DNA from: an uncultured Mycoplasmatota bacterium | GTDB taxonomy: Bacteria; Bacillota_I; Bacilli_A; RF39; UBA660 | Direction of reading: 5' to 3' | Length of the DNA stretch: 63,770 nt | NCBI GenBank assembly: GCA_900544625.1 | Contig: UQVR01000003.1 | Location: 1 to 63,770, forward strand | Shown here: one piece after another, positions 1 through 9,171 of the stretch | Position numbering within the stretch: position 1 is the stretch's first letter | Layout: the number at the start of each line of letters is the position of its first letter | Translations under genes and position numbers: made by a program | The notes under the pieces: generated by a model | What the model saw: the letters and a program-made list of their open reading frames with translations, nothing else | What the model was told of the DNA's origin: nothing | The model's database searches: none

Positions 1-215
1 GTTAGCATTTATTACTCTCGAATCAAAGTGTTCGAGTTTCCTATCAATCTGGAGCAATTGTGTATCTCGTTTGAGAAACATTTTACTACAAATGTAATAA
101 GAGATAAATCTTAATTACATATTCATTTTAACATAAAAAAATATAAAATAAAATACATTGTGTGTTATTTAATAAAAAATATGATATAATATTATGCAAT
201 TGAGGGAGGTTTTTT

Positions 216-1247
216 ATGGTAAATTTAGAACACAGATTAACAGTAGATGATTTAATAGTTGAATATGCTATGTATAAAGTAAAAAATGGTTATGAACCAA
301 AATATTCAACTAGTGAGTTCATAGATTTTTTACATTTTTTTGAAACAAAAATGGAAGTTGATGATGTTTTATACGATGGTGAAGAATTATTTAAAAGATT
401 TTTTGAAAGAAAAATAGATGCAGATTGGTCTAGTAAAAATTATAGAACAGGTCAAATAACTGAAAAAAGACCACATATGAATATGTCATATAGTGAAGAT
501 GATAGAGATTATATTATTAGTGCTAATAATAAATTGAGTGATTATGATAAAAGTGTTATTAACACATATTTTATGGATAATGGATGCAGTAAGTATGATG
601 ATTATAAAGGTACAGCTTGGAAAATTAGAAATATTATTGGAGAATACTTAAAAGATAAACCAAAAAGAAATATTCCACAATCAGGAATAGAATTAGAAGA
701 AAAAGAAATACTAGCTGGTAAATATATTGCTGCTGAAATAATAAATCATATTTGGAGAAGTTATATAGATATTGAATCTGATTATCATAAGTATCCAAAG
801 CAATGTGATGATATTAATAAATATTTATTTGAAATGGATTTACCAAAAATCATTGGAACTGATATGGACTTTTCAAAAGGAACAGGTACAAGTTCAATAA
901 GAGAAAAATTATTAGAAGTATATAGTGTTTTTTCAAGCAGAATTGCTACACTTTATCACTTTGATAAAGAATTGAAAGTTAGTTCTTATAAAAATCCTTA
1001 TTTACCCCGTGCAAATTACGAACTTTTAATACAAGGGTATGAAACATTAATGAGTATGGTATTTGGGGAGTATAAAAAAGCATTAGAATTTGATTTATCT
1101 GAATCAACATTTAAAGAAAGTCACGAACTTGATGGAGTATATGATTGGAATGAAGATCCTGATGTTAAAACCACAACTACTTCAATTGAAAATGATAAAG
1201 TAAAAAAATTAGTTAGAACCATTGAAAACAACAATAACAATAAATAA
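216..1247 (+). CDS. hypothetical protein (343 aa, no recognisable motif)
   Basis: Long ORF; GGGAGG Shine-Dalgarno at 204-209, 6 nt before ATG; terminator follows at 1252-1284. Confidence 0.6.
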   Translation: MVNLEHRLTVDDLIVEYAMYKVKNGYEPKYSTSEFIDFLHFFETKMEVDDVLYDGEELFKRFFERKIDADWSSKNYRTGQITEKRPHMNMSYSEDDRDYIISANNKLSDYDKSVINTYFMDNGCSKYDDYKGTAWKIRNIIGEYLKDKPKRNIPQSGIELEEKEILAGKYIAAEIINHIWRSYIDIESDYHKYPKQCDDINKYLFEMDLPKIIGTDMDFSKGTGTSSIREKLLEVYSVFSSRIATLYHFDKELKVSSYKNPYLPRANYELLIQGYETLMSMVFGEYKKALEFDLSESTFKESHELDGVYDWNEDPDVKTTTTSIENDKVKKLVRTIENNNNNK

Positions 1248-1251
1248 TAAA

Positions 1252-1284
1252 GAACGACTTATAAATAATAGTCGTCCTTTTTTT
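1252..1284 (+). terminator. rho-independent terminator
   Basis: ACGACT (1254-1259) / AGTCGT (1270-1275) stem followed by T7 tract 1278-1284. Confidence 0.6.
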
Positions 1285-1705
1285 GATAAAATTGATAAAA
1301 AACCTAGTGGGCTGAACATTTTTAAACAATCTTTAGTAATGTAAATTTCGTCCCACACTTTGTCTCACAACTTTTGCTTATAAAATAAGTAAATTCAAGA
1401 AGTATTAGCCCATAATCGTGGGACAATTTTGCATGTGCAAAATAAGTTTGATATCACATAGAAGTCTTATGCAATAAGGTTTTGTTTAGTGTGTTGATAT
1501 CAATTACTTATGCTCTTGCTAAATTGTTCAAAATATTTCACAATTTATGGGCCAGTATGTTACATTTGTGGGATTTATAGTAGTCTAGATTATTGATAAA
1601 AAGTGTATAAAATGTTATAATAAATATAGATAATAATAGTATCTTTACTTTTTAAGATGGATACTGTTTTTTGTAACTTTAAAATAGTAATGAGGAGAAT
1701 AAAAA

Positions 1706-2170
1706 ATGAAAAAAATTGAATTTTTAAATAAGGAATCAAATAAAATTGTTACATTGCCTTTAGATAAAAAAATGATATTCAACCAAAAATTAAAGAACTC
1801 TATAAGTATGATAAGTATTGTAAAAGAAATAAATGAATCTGATAGTGATTATATTAATAAAATTTTAAATAATAATAAAAATGACCATACCATTGGTAAG
1901 TTTATAAGTGGTGGAATTTTATGGTGGTTATTAGGAATTATAGTTCTATTCTTTTATAATGCATTTAATAAAGAAGATAATAAAAAAGGTAAAAATTTGG
2001 GAACAAGAATTGCAGGATTTATTTTATGTGCAATTATAGGTGGACTTATAGGCCTTATTTGCTCAATTATACCAACGATATTCAATATTTGGGTTAATTA
2101 TATAATAATTCCTATTTTAGTTCTTGTACTAATAATTTTATTGCTATACAAAACTTCATCTAATAATTAG
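1706..2170 (+). CDS. small membrane protein, hypothetical
   Basis: ORF with GAGGAG RBS upstream; C-terminal half has three hydrophobic helices (GGILWWLLGIIVLFFY, IAGFILCAIIGGLIGLICSII, IIIPILVLVLIILLLY). Confidence 0.55.
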   Translation: MKKIEFLNKESNKIVTLPLDKKMIFNQKLKNSISMISIVKEINESDSDYINKILNNNKNDHTIGKFISGGILWWLLGIIVLFFYNAFNKEDNKKGKNLGTRIAGFILCAIIGGLIGLICSIIPTIFNIWVNYIIIPILVLVLIILLLYKTSSNN

Positions 2171-2181
2171 GAGGCGTTGAT

Positions 2182-3015
2182 ATGATAATAAAAGAAATTA
2201 ATGTAAATGATTATTTAACTAAATCAAATCTTCCAGCAAGTGATTATGTTATAAATCCCTATGTCGGATGTTCACATGGATGTAAGTATTGTTATGCTTC
2301 ATTCATGAAACGTTTTACAGGTCATACTGAAGATTGGGGAACATTTGTAGATGTTAAGAAATGCGATAAAAAAATCAATTTAAAAAAGATAAGTAAAAAA
2401 AATGTATTTTTATCTTCGGTCACTGATTGTTATAACCATCTTGAGGAAGAATATAAAATAACTAGGACTATTTTAGAGCAATTAGTTAATTCAGATTGTT
2501 ATTTATCCATTTCTACTAAATCAAAATTAATATTAAGAGATATAGACTTATTAAAACAAGTAAAAAATTTATCTGTTAGTATGTCAATTAATACTCTTAA
2601 TGAAGATTTTAGAAAAGATATGGATAATGCTAGTACTATAAAAGAACGATTAAATACTTTAAAAGAATTACATAATAATGGTATTCATACAGTTTTATTT
2701 ATGTCACCAATTTTTCCTTATATTACTGAATGGGAAAAAATAATAGAAGAGTCTAAAGATTATATAGATGAATATTGGTTTGAAAATCTTAATTTAAGAG
2801 GCAGTTATAAAACTTATATATTAAATTATATAAAGGGAAAATATCCTAATTATTATGACAATTATATCGATATTTATTTAAAAAACAATCAAGATTATTG
2901 GCTTAATCTAGCAAATGAAATCAATAGTTATTGTAATAAAAACTACATAAATTATATTAATTACTTTTATCATGATGAATTGGTAAAAGCTAAAAAAGAA
3001 AATCAAAATGTTTAG
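2182..3015 (+). CDS. radical SAM protein, spore-photoproduct-lyase-like (SplB/COG1533-type) family
   Basis: CxxxCxxC cluster in 'NPYVGCSHGCKYCYASF'; TAGGAGG RBS; 11 nt after previous stop. Confidence 0.7.
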   Translation: MIIKEINVNDYLTKSNLPASDYVINPYVGCSHGCKYCYASFMKRFTGHTEDWGTFVDVKKCDKKINLKKISKKNVFLSSVTDCYNHLEEEYKITRTILEQLVNSDCYLSISTKSKLILRDIDLLKQVKNLSVSMSINTLNEDFRKDMDNASTIKERLNTLKELHNNGIHTVLFMSPIFPYITEWEKIIEESKDYIDEYWFENLNLRGSYKTYILNYIKGKYPNYYDNYIDIYLKNNQDYWLNLANEINSYCNKNYINYINYFYHDELVKAKKENQNV

Positions 3016-3031
3016 GAAGGAAAGAAATAAT

Positions 3032-3496
3032 ATGGATAGTTTAAGATATTTTTTGATTGAAGCAAAAAAACAAACTTATGCAAATGAAAATGTAGAAAAA
3101 CAAGAATCATCTAGAAATGGACCACATGACTATGAGTATAGTTCTAACAATATGATTTATCATGATACTTATTTTGGTGGAACAAATTTTATGGGTGAAG
3201 AAGTAGTTTACGAAGAAAATGATACACCAATTTGGGGAATGAATTATTATGGAGTAACATTAGATCAAACTTTAAGTGAAGAGGCAGTTGATAAAGCTTT
3301 AAGGCCTGCTCTTATGCAAGTTGGAAGTGATGAAACAATTCCCGTAAGAGGTCCAAAAGAATATGTAAATGGTGAATATAAATATAGTTTTAAAGTAGTT
3401 GGAGATTTAGAATATTTTGAAGGTGAAGAAACCATTTATAAAGCTGATAAGAAAGTTTATGTTCTAAAATGTCATGGAGGGGCAATAAAACGATAA
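3032..3496 (+). CDS. DUF5680-like protein (hypothetical)
   Basis: ORF track starts at 3008, but AGGAAGGAAAG RBS sits 7 nt before the ATG at 3032 (MDSLRYFLIEAKKQTYAN...). The N-terminal pattern resembles the DUF5680 family from memory. Confidence 0.5.
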   Translation: MDSLRYFLIEAKKQTYANENVEKQESSRNGPHDYEYSSNNMIYHDTYFGGTNFMGEEVVYEENDTPIWGMNYYGVTLDQTLSEEAVDKALRPALMQVGSDETIPVRGPKEYVNGEYKYSFKVVGDLEYFEGEETIYKADKKVYVLKCHGGAIKR

Positions 3497-3514
3497 TATA
3501 AAGACAAAACTAGG

Positions 3515-3796
3515 TTATAAACTCCTAGAATTGTCTTTTTCTTTTTGGATATCCTTATCAAAATTATTAAGGTTATTTTGTATGCCTTCGGCTCTTTTAG
3601 TTATTTCTTTACAATACTTATCATACTTATAGAGTTCTTTAATTTTTGGTTGAATATCATTTATTTCAGCAAGTATTTGAGTTTGCTTGTCTTCAGTCTT
3701 TGCTCTATGGTATCGTCTCCAAAGATTTTCTCTTTTTCCTTTTAACTCGCTTAAATCATCAGAGTTATTTTTAGAATAGTTTGTAAATATCAACAT
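3515..3796 (-). CDS. hypothetical coiled-coil protein (~93 aa)
   Basis: Charged heptad-like sequence; GAAAGG RBS upstream of ATG at 3796 (track uses GTG at 3802); hairpin overlapping the stop. Confidence 0.4.
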   Translation of the reverse strand: MLIFTNYSKNNSDDLSELKGKRENLWRRYHRAKTEDKQTQILAEINDIQPKIKELYKYDKYCKEITKRAEGIQNNLNNFDKDIQKEKDNSRSL

Positions 3797-3814
3797 CAAC
3801 ACCTTTCTTAAACG

Positions 3815-3845
3815 ACAAAAAAATCAATCTCTTCAGATTGATTTA
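3815..3845 (-). terminator. rho-independent terminator downstream of tRNA-Gly
   Basis: On the minus strand AAATCAATCT-GAAG-AGATTGATTT followed by a T-run (complement of A-run 3817-3823). Confidence 0.7.
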
Positions 3846-3882
3846 ATCATCAACGTCACATTGGTGCGACGATTTTATCTTA

Positions 3883-3957
3883 TGGAGCAAGTGAGCAGAA
3901 TCGAACTGCCGTCTCAACCTTGGCAAGGTCGCATACTAACCTCTGTACTACACCTGC
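3883..3957 (-). tRNA. tRNA-Gly (anticodon GCC), CCA encoded
   Basis: Hand-folded cloverleaf of the reverse complement: acceptor GCAGGTG/CACTTGC, D-stem GTAC/GTAT, anticodon stem CGACC/GGTTG with loop TTGCCAA, T-arm GGCAG-TTCGATT-CTGCT, discriminator T, CCA; 75 nt. Confidence 0.9.
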
Positions 3958-4052
3958 GTAAATAAATTGTATCAAATATGTGAAACTTTTGCAACACTAA
4001 TTGATAAAAAAACTAATTTTTGTTATACTTATCTAAGTAAGAAGGGATAAGT

Positions 4053-6068
4053 ATGAAACTAAAAGATAATTATGGTTACAAAAAAACTGTCAAATCAATT
4101 GTTGAATATATAATTACCAATCGTTTATTCATATCATATGTAGTATTATCACTAATTGCTACAATATGTGTCCGTGCATTTACAATTGGTTCTGCTTTAA
4201 AACTTAAGCCACTACTAACAGATTTAGGATTTATCCTTGTCATCGGTGGTTTAGGTTATTTGGTAAAGCCCAAAAATCAATTCAAATATTATTTTACGTG
4301 GTTAATCATATTTAATTTAATATGCTTAATATCATCAATATATTATAGATTTTTTACATCATTTGCATCAATCGGAGAACTTGCAACAGTTAGACAAACG
4401 GAAACTGTAACAGGTTCAATTTTTGACAGACTAAGAATTGCTGATGGAATTTATATTTTAATCCCCATAATATTTTATTTAATTCATAAAAAACTATTAT
4501 CATCATCTTATTATACATTTATTGATAAAATTGAAAAAAGTAAAAAGATGGTTGTATCTACAGTTTTACTTGGCGTAATCTTTTTAGGTTACACTTTCGG
4601 TGTTGCCAAAAACTCTGATTACAGCAGACTTACAAAACAATGGAATAGAATATATATTGTTGAAAGATTTGGTATTATCATGTATCAATTTAATGACTTT
4701 GCCCAATTTTTAAGACCTCAACTAAGTAGTTTATTTGGTCAAGAAAAAGCCTTAGAGAGTTTTAATGAATACTTTGATAGCAAAAAAGCAACTGCTAAAA
4801 ATGAATATACAGGAATATTAAAAGGTAAAAACATTGTTTTTGTGCATATGGAAAGTATGCAAAGTTTCTTAATGGACCTTTCATTTAATGGTAGAGAAGT
4901 AACTCCAAACTTAAATAAGTTAGCTAAAGAAGGAATGCATTTTACAAACTTTTATCCACAGGTATCAACAGGAACAAGTAGTGATACTGAGTTTACCTTA
5001 TTAACAGGATTAATGCCTGCATCAAGTGGAACTGTATTTGTAAGTTATTATGATCGTAATTATTTTACAATTCCTAAATATTTAAAAGAAGAAAACTATT
5101 TTACCTTTAGTATGCATGGAAATCTAGCTAGTATGTGGAATCGAAATAAAGCCCATCCATCTTTAGGCTATGAAAAAATGTATTTTAGAGAATCATTTGA
5201 TTTTACTGAAGATGATATTATTAATCTAGGAATTAATGATGAACTATTCTTTAAACAAGCAATGCCAATATTAGAAAATATTGAAAAAGAAAACCAAAAC
5301 TACATGGGAACGATAATTACATTATCAAATCATTCACCATTTAAATTAGCAAGTAAACATAGTGATATAGACTTATCAAGTCATTATCAAGTAACTAATG
5401 CAACAGGAAATACTACCGAAGCAACAAGAGACTATTTATCTTCTACAGCAGTAGGTGAATACATAAAAAGTGCCAATTATGCTGATAAAGCACTCGGAGA
5501 ATTTATTAGTTACATTAAATCATCTGATTATTTTAATAATACAGTTTTTGTATTCTATGGAGACCATGAGGCCAAATTATCTCGTAGTGAAATAAATTAT
5601 TTATATAACTTAAATCCTGAAACTGGAGAAGTATATGATGATGCAAATCCCAATTATGTAGAATATGATTATTATGATCATGAATTAAATAAGAAAACAC
5701 CATTAATAATTTGGACAAAAGATCAAGACTTACAAAGTATATTTACAGGAAAAGTTACTTATACTATGGGTATGTATAATGTTGCAGCCACAATACTTAA
5801 TATGTACGGCATATACAATAAATACAACATTGGAGAAGATATATTTACAGTTAAAGATGATAATCTTGTAGTTTATCCAAATGGAAATATCCTAACAAAT
5901 AAAGTTTACTATAATAATTCAACGGGTGAATATAAAGTATTAAAAGAAGATAATTTTACTGAAGATTATATAAAAAATCTAAGTGAAATAGGTGAAAAAA
6001 GGCTTGAAATATCTAATGATATTATAGTGTATAACTTATTAAACAACAAAAAAATGAATGGAGAGTAA
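4053..6068 (+). CDS. LTA synthase family protein (polytopic N-terminus + extracellular sulfatase-fold domain)
   Basis: Five N-terminal hydrophobic helices, then 'VFVHMESMQSF', 'VSTGTSSDTEFTLLTG' (Thr nucleophile region) and 'FYGDHEA'. Confidence 0.8.
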   Translation: MKLKDNYGYKKTVKSIVEYIITNRLFISYVVLSLIATICVRAFTIGSALKLKPLLTDLGFILVIGGLGYLVKPKNQFKYYFTWLIIFNLICLISSIYYRFFTSFASIGELATVRQTETVTGSIFDRLRIADGIYILIPIIFYLIHKKLLSSSYYTFIDKIEKSKKMVVSTVLLGVIFLGYTFGVAKNSDYSRLTKQWNRIYIVERFGIIMYQFNDFAQFLRPQLSSLFGQEKALESFNEYFDSKKATAKNEYTGILKGKNIVFVHMESMQSFLMDLSFNGREVTPNLNKLAKEGMHFTNFYPQVSTGTSSDTEFTLLTGLMPASSGTVFVSYYDRNYFTIPKYLKEENYFTFSMHGNLASMWNRNKAHPSLGYEKMYFRESFDFTEDDIINLGINDELFFKQAMPILENIEKENQNYMGTIITLSNHSPFKLASKHSDIDLSSHYQVTNATGNTTEATRDYLSSTAVGEYIKSANYADKALGEFISYIKSSDYFNNTVFVFYGDHEAKLSRSEINYLYNLNPETGEVYDDANPNYVEYDYYDHELNKKTPLIIWTKDQDLQSIFTGKVTYTMGMYNVAATILNMYGIYNKYNIGEDIFTVKDDNLVVYPNGNILTNKVYYNNSTGEYKVLKEDNFTEDYIKNLSEIGEKRLEISNDIIVYNLLNNKKMNGE

Positions 6069-6069
6069 T

Positions 6070-6699
6070 ATGAAGAAGAAATATAAATATCCTTTACTAT
6101 TATTAATTTTAGTAATCATTGTAATAGTGGGATTAATATTATTTAAATTGTTTTTTGCTAAAGATGAAGTTAAAAATAATGTTAAAGTTATAGACTCAAT
6201 CGTTGATTTTTCATATACATTAGATGAAAGAGATACTAAACTTATGAAAGACAATTACCAAGAGTTAAAAAATATATTAAAAGAAAGAGAAATAGACTAT
6301 AAAGAATATGCAAAAGTATTAGCAAAACTATTTGTTATAGATTTGTTTACTATGGATAACAAAATAAATAAATATGATGTAGCGTGTTTAGAATACGTTT
6401 ATCCAGATAATTTAGAAAACTTTAAGACTAATGTCGAAGATACAATTTATAAACTTATGGAAGATAACACATATGGGAAAAGAACAGAAAAATTGTCCAT
6501 AGTAAATAATGTAGAAATTACAAATGAAGAAGAAAGTACATTTAAAATAAATGAAGAAGAAATACCAAGTTATGTAGTAACACTAAATTGGACATATGAT
6601 AAAGATCTAGGATATGACAAAAATGCCACGATAACAATGATAAAAAAAGATAAAAAATTATATGTTGTTGAGTATAAAGCAGGTGCAGTAAATGAATAA
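6070..6699 (+). CDS. membrane-anchored hypothetical protein
   Basis: GGAGAG RBS before ATG at 6070 (track start 6058 overlaps the ltaS-like stop); single N-terminal TM (PLLLLILVIIVIVGLILFKLFF); overlaps the next gene by 8 nt. Confidence 0.6.
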   Translation: MKKKYKYPLLLLILVIIVIVGLILFKLFFAKDEVKNNVKVIDSIVDFSYTLDERDTKLMKDNYQELKNILKEREIDYKEYAKVLAKLFVIDLFTMDNKINKYDVACLEYVYPDNLENFKTNVEDTIYKLMEDNTYGKRTEKLSIVNNVEITNEEESTFKINEEEIPSYVVTLNWTYDKDLGYDKNATITMIKKDKKLYVVEYKAGAVNE

Positions 6700-8635
6700 A
6701 ATGGTTAGAAAGTTAAAAAAATCAAATAAAGCATTAAGATTTTTATATTATTTAGTTATGATTTTCTATGTAGTGGGACTAGTATTATTTATTAAAAGTC
6801 TATTAAGCCTAACAGGCATAGAAACAATGATAAGAACTATAGTAATAATATTTTTTATTATATATTTTTTACTTTATTCATTTATAAATTTACTAAATTT
6901 ACTTCGTAGAAAATACAAGGGAGTAATAATAAGCACAATATTTTCTTTATTATTTATACTTATCTTTTTTGTGGGGTCATACTACATAAATTATGTTTAT
7001 AATAATTTAAATAACATGCAAGAAAGTGATAAGATAACATATAATACATATCTATTAACTTTAAAAGAAAGTGAATTTAATAATAACAGTAAAATAGGGT
7101 TAATAAGTAGTAAAAGAGATAAAGATAATAACGAATTATCAACAAAATTATATAAAAATAAGAAATTAAAAAATGAAATTGTAGAATATGAAGATTATAT
7201 TAAATTGTTATTAGATTTATATAATAAAGAGATTGATGCAGTATTTGTGCCGGGGAACTTTGAGACTTTGTTTAGAAATGAAGAAGGATTTGAAAATATT
7301 CTTAATGATACAAAAGTAGTTTACGAATACAGTGAAAAAAAGAAAAATGAGGATTTAAACTTAGTTAGTGATAAAGATTTTAATGAACCATTAACATTTT
7401 TATTTCTAGGAGTAGATTCCGAAGGCGATGGGCTTAATGCTAATGCTGCCTTTAATGGAGATACCTTAATGCTTATGTCATTTAATCCTAAAACTCTAAG
7501 TTCAGTTCTTTTATCAATTCCAAGAGACACATATGTACCAATTGCATGTAATAATAATAGATATGCTAAGATTAATTCATCTGCAGCATATGGAACTGGT
7601 TGCGTAATAAGTACTATAAATAACTTTTTAAATATAAATATTGACTATTATGTCAAAATAAATTTTAAAGGTGTTGTAGATTTAGTTGATGCTGTAGATG
7701 GAATTGAAGTTGATGTTGAAGCACCAACATATATGGCCAATAAATATAATGGTAAAGTTTGTGAACAAAACAGTGATAGAGCGTGGGGAGATAAATTAGT
7801 TTGTATGGACCCAGGACGTCAAGTATTAAATGGTGAACAAGCTTTAGCATATGCAAGATGTAGACATATGTATATTGGTAGTGATTTAGATAGAGTAAAA
7901 CATCAACAACAAGTCGTAGAAGCTCTAGCAAATAAAGTATTACATTTTAATAGTATTAAAGAATTTCAAGATATATTAAATGCCGTAAGTAAAAATATTG
8001 CCACAAATATGGAAACTGATACAATTCTTTCAGGATATAATGTTGCTAAAAATGTTTTAGGAAATAAACTATCTGGTAAAGACTCATTAAATATTCAAAA
8101 AGCAACATTAGAAACATATAGTTTAAATGTATATGTTCCATCTCAAGGAAGAAATACATCAGCTCAAGGTTATTATGAAAGTAGTCTAGAAGATATAAAG
8201 AAAGCGTTTAATATAGTATTAGGAAAAGAAAAAGAAGAACCTATAAAAACATTTAGTTTTTCAGTTAATGAAACTTACGAAATATATCGTCCAGGAAAAG
8301 GTAAAAGAAGTGGGCAATCCGGAGCTTTACTTCCAAGCTTTATAGGAAAAACAATAAGTGAAGCCCAAGAATTTTGTAAAAATAACAATATCACTTTAGA
8401 TATAAAATATGTTGATAGTGGAAATGAACATTATAATAATCAAGTATCTGTTGGACTAATCGGAGATCAAAGCGTTCATAAAGATGTATTACTATCAACA
8501 GTTTCAAATTTAACTATATACGTTGTAAATAGTAAAACAACAAATAATAATTCAAACAATAATGCATCTAAAAGTACAGAAAATAAAAATGATAATAGTA
8601 AAAGTGATGCTATAATAAAAGGATTTATTGATTAA
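6692..8635 (+). CDS. LCP (LytR-CpsA-Psr) family glycopolymer ligase with 3 N-terminal TM helices and a C-terminal PASTA-like domain
   Basis: 'TFLFLGVDSEGDG...GDTLMLMSFNPKT...LSIPRDTYVPI' and 'ALAYARCRH' LCP motifs; residues ~547-614 'LPSFIGKTISEAQEFCKNNNITLDIKYV...NLTIYV' look PASTA-like. Confidence 0.8.
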   Translation: MNKMVRKLKKSNKALRFLYYLVMIFYVVGLVLFIKSLLSLTGIETMIRTIVIIFFIIYFLLYSFINLLNLLRRKYKGVIISTIFSLLFILIFFVGSYYINYVYNNLNNMQESDKITYNTYLLTLKESEFNNNSKIGLISSKRDKDNNELSTKLYKNKKLKNEIVEYEDYIKLLLDLYNKEIDAVFVPGNFETLFRNEEGFENILNDTKVVYEYSEKKKNEDLNLVSDKDFNEPLTFLFLGVDSEGDGLNANAAFNGDTLMLMSFNPKTLSSVLLSIPRDTYVPIACNNNRYAKINSSAAYGTGCVISTINNFLNINIDYYVKINFKGVVDLVDAVDGIEVDVEAPTYMANKYNGKVCEQNSDRAWGDKLVCMDPGRQVLNGEQALAYARCRHMYIGSDLDRVKHQQQVVEALANKVLHFNSIKEFQDILNAVSKNIATNMETDTILSGYNVAKNVLGNKLSGKDSLNIQKATLETYSLNVYVPSQGRNTSAQGYYESSLEDIKKAFNIVLGKEKEEPIKTFSFSVNETYEIYRPGKGKRSGQSGALLPSFIGKTISEAQEFCKNNNITLDIKYVDSGNEHYNNQVSVGLIGDQSVHKDVLLSTVSNLTIYVVNSKTTNNNSNNNASKSTENKNDNSKSDAIIKGFID

Positions 8636-8649
8636 GTTTCAATAAATCC

Positions 8650-9027
8650 TTATTTCTTTTTAATATTCTTCTTTCTTTTATTAGGGCTAACATAGCCATT
8701 TTTTCTTTTAGTTTGATTATTTGTTTTCTTTTTTGTACTAGTATTTTTATTATTATTTTTATTTTTTGCAGTACTATTTTTATTCGTGGTTTTTTTAGCA
8801 GTATTATTTTTCTTTGAAACTTTTTTAGTTTCTTTTGGGGCTTCAATAATCTTATCAAACTTAGTATTTGAGGACAGTTTTGAAGAGCCATTTTTTTCAA
8901 TTTCAAGTTTTTCTAGTTTACTTAATATAATCCACATTACACCAACTATAATAATTAATAAACATAATGAAATTAAAACAATTAAAATTATATCAATTTT
9001 ATCAAAATTCTTTTCCAAAATAATCAC
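8650..9027 (-). CDS. small membrane protein with Lys/Asn/Thr-rich basic tail (hypothetical)
   Basis: One TM (IILIVLISLCLLIIIVGVMWIIL), then a low-complexity basic tail; start codon ambiguous (GTG at 9027 or TTG 9 nt in). Confidence 0.4.
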   Translation of the reverse strand: MIILEKNFDKIDIILIVLISLCLLIIIVGVMWIILSKLEKLEIEKNGSSKLSSNTKFDKIIEAPKETKKVSKKNNTAKKTTNKNSTAKNKNNNKNTSTKKKTNNQTKRKNGYVSPNKRKKNIKKK

Positions 9028-9112
9028 CCACTCAAATTAAATATATTATAATATAAAAAAGTAAAAAATAATAGTGATTTTACATATATTTACTTTAAAT
9101 ACTGTAAATAAT

Positions 9113-9141
9113 TTGAGTGATTTTACAAAATTTGTTATAAT
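9113..9141 (+). promoter_or_regulatory. sigma-A-type promoter of the dockerin-hydrolase gene
   Basis: TTGAGT (9113-9118) - 17 nt - TGt-TATAAT (9136-9141); GTGATTTTACA direct repeat at 9074-9084 and 9117-9127. Confidence 0.55.
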
Positions 9142-9171
9142 AAAAGTAATAGTGTAGAAGGAGGTCAAAAT

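Noticed and set aside
1-81. Open minus-strand frame from the ATG at 81-79 to the window edge (MFLKRDTQLLQIDRKLEHFDSRVINAN...)
   Set aside because: Only 27 codons are visible, there is no clear RBS, and no motif. It cannot be supported or named from this window.
3545-3745. Plus-strand ORF antisense to ORF 3515-3802
   Set aside because: Its Ile/Phe/Leu-rich low-complexity translation is typical of antisense AT-rich DNA. The minus-strand ORF has an RBS and a plausible charged coiled-coil sequence. Neither is strongly supported.
8625-9040. Overlapping ORFs 8625-8906 (-) and 8786-9040 (+) around the small basic membrane protein gene
   Set aside because: They are alternative frames of the same Lys/Asn-rich low-complexity DNA. 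Only 8650-9027 has a TM helix plus a coherent start region.
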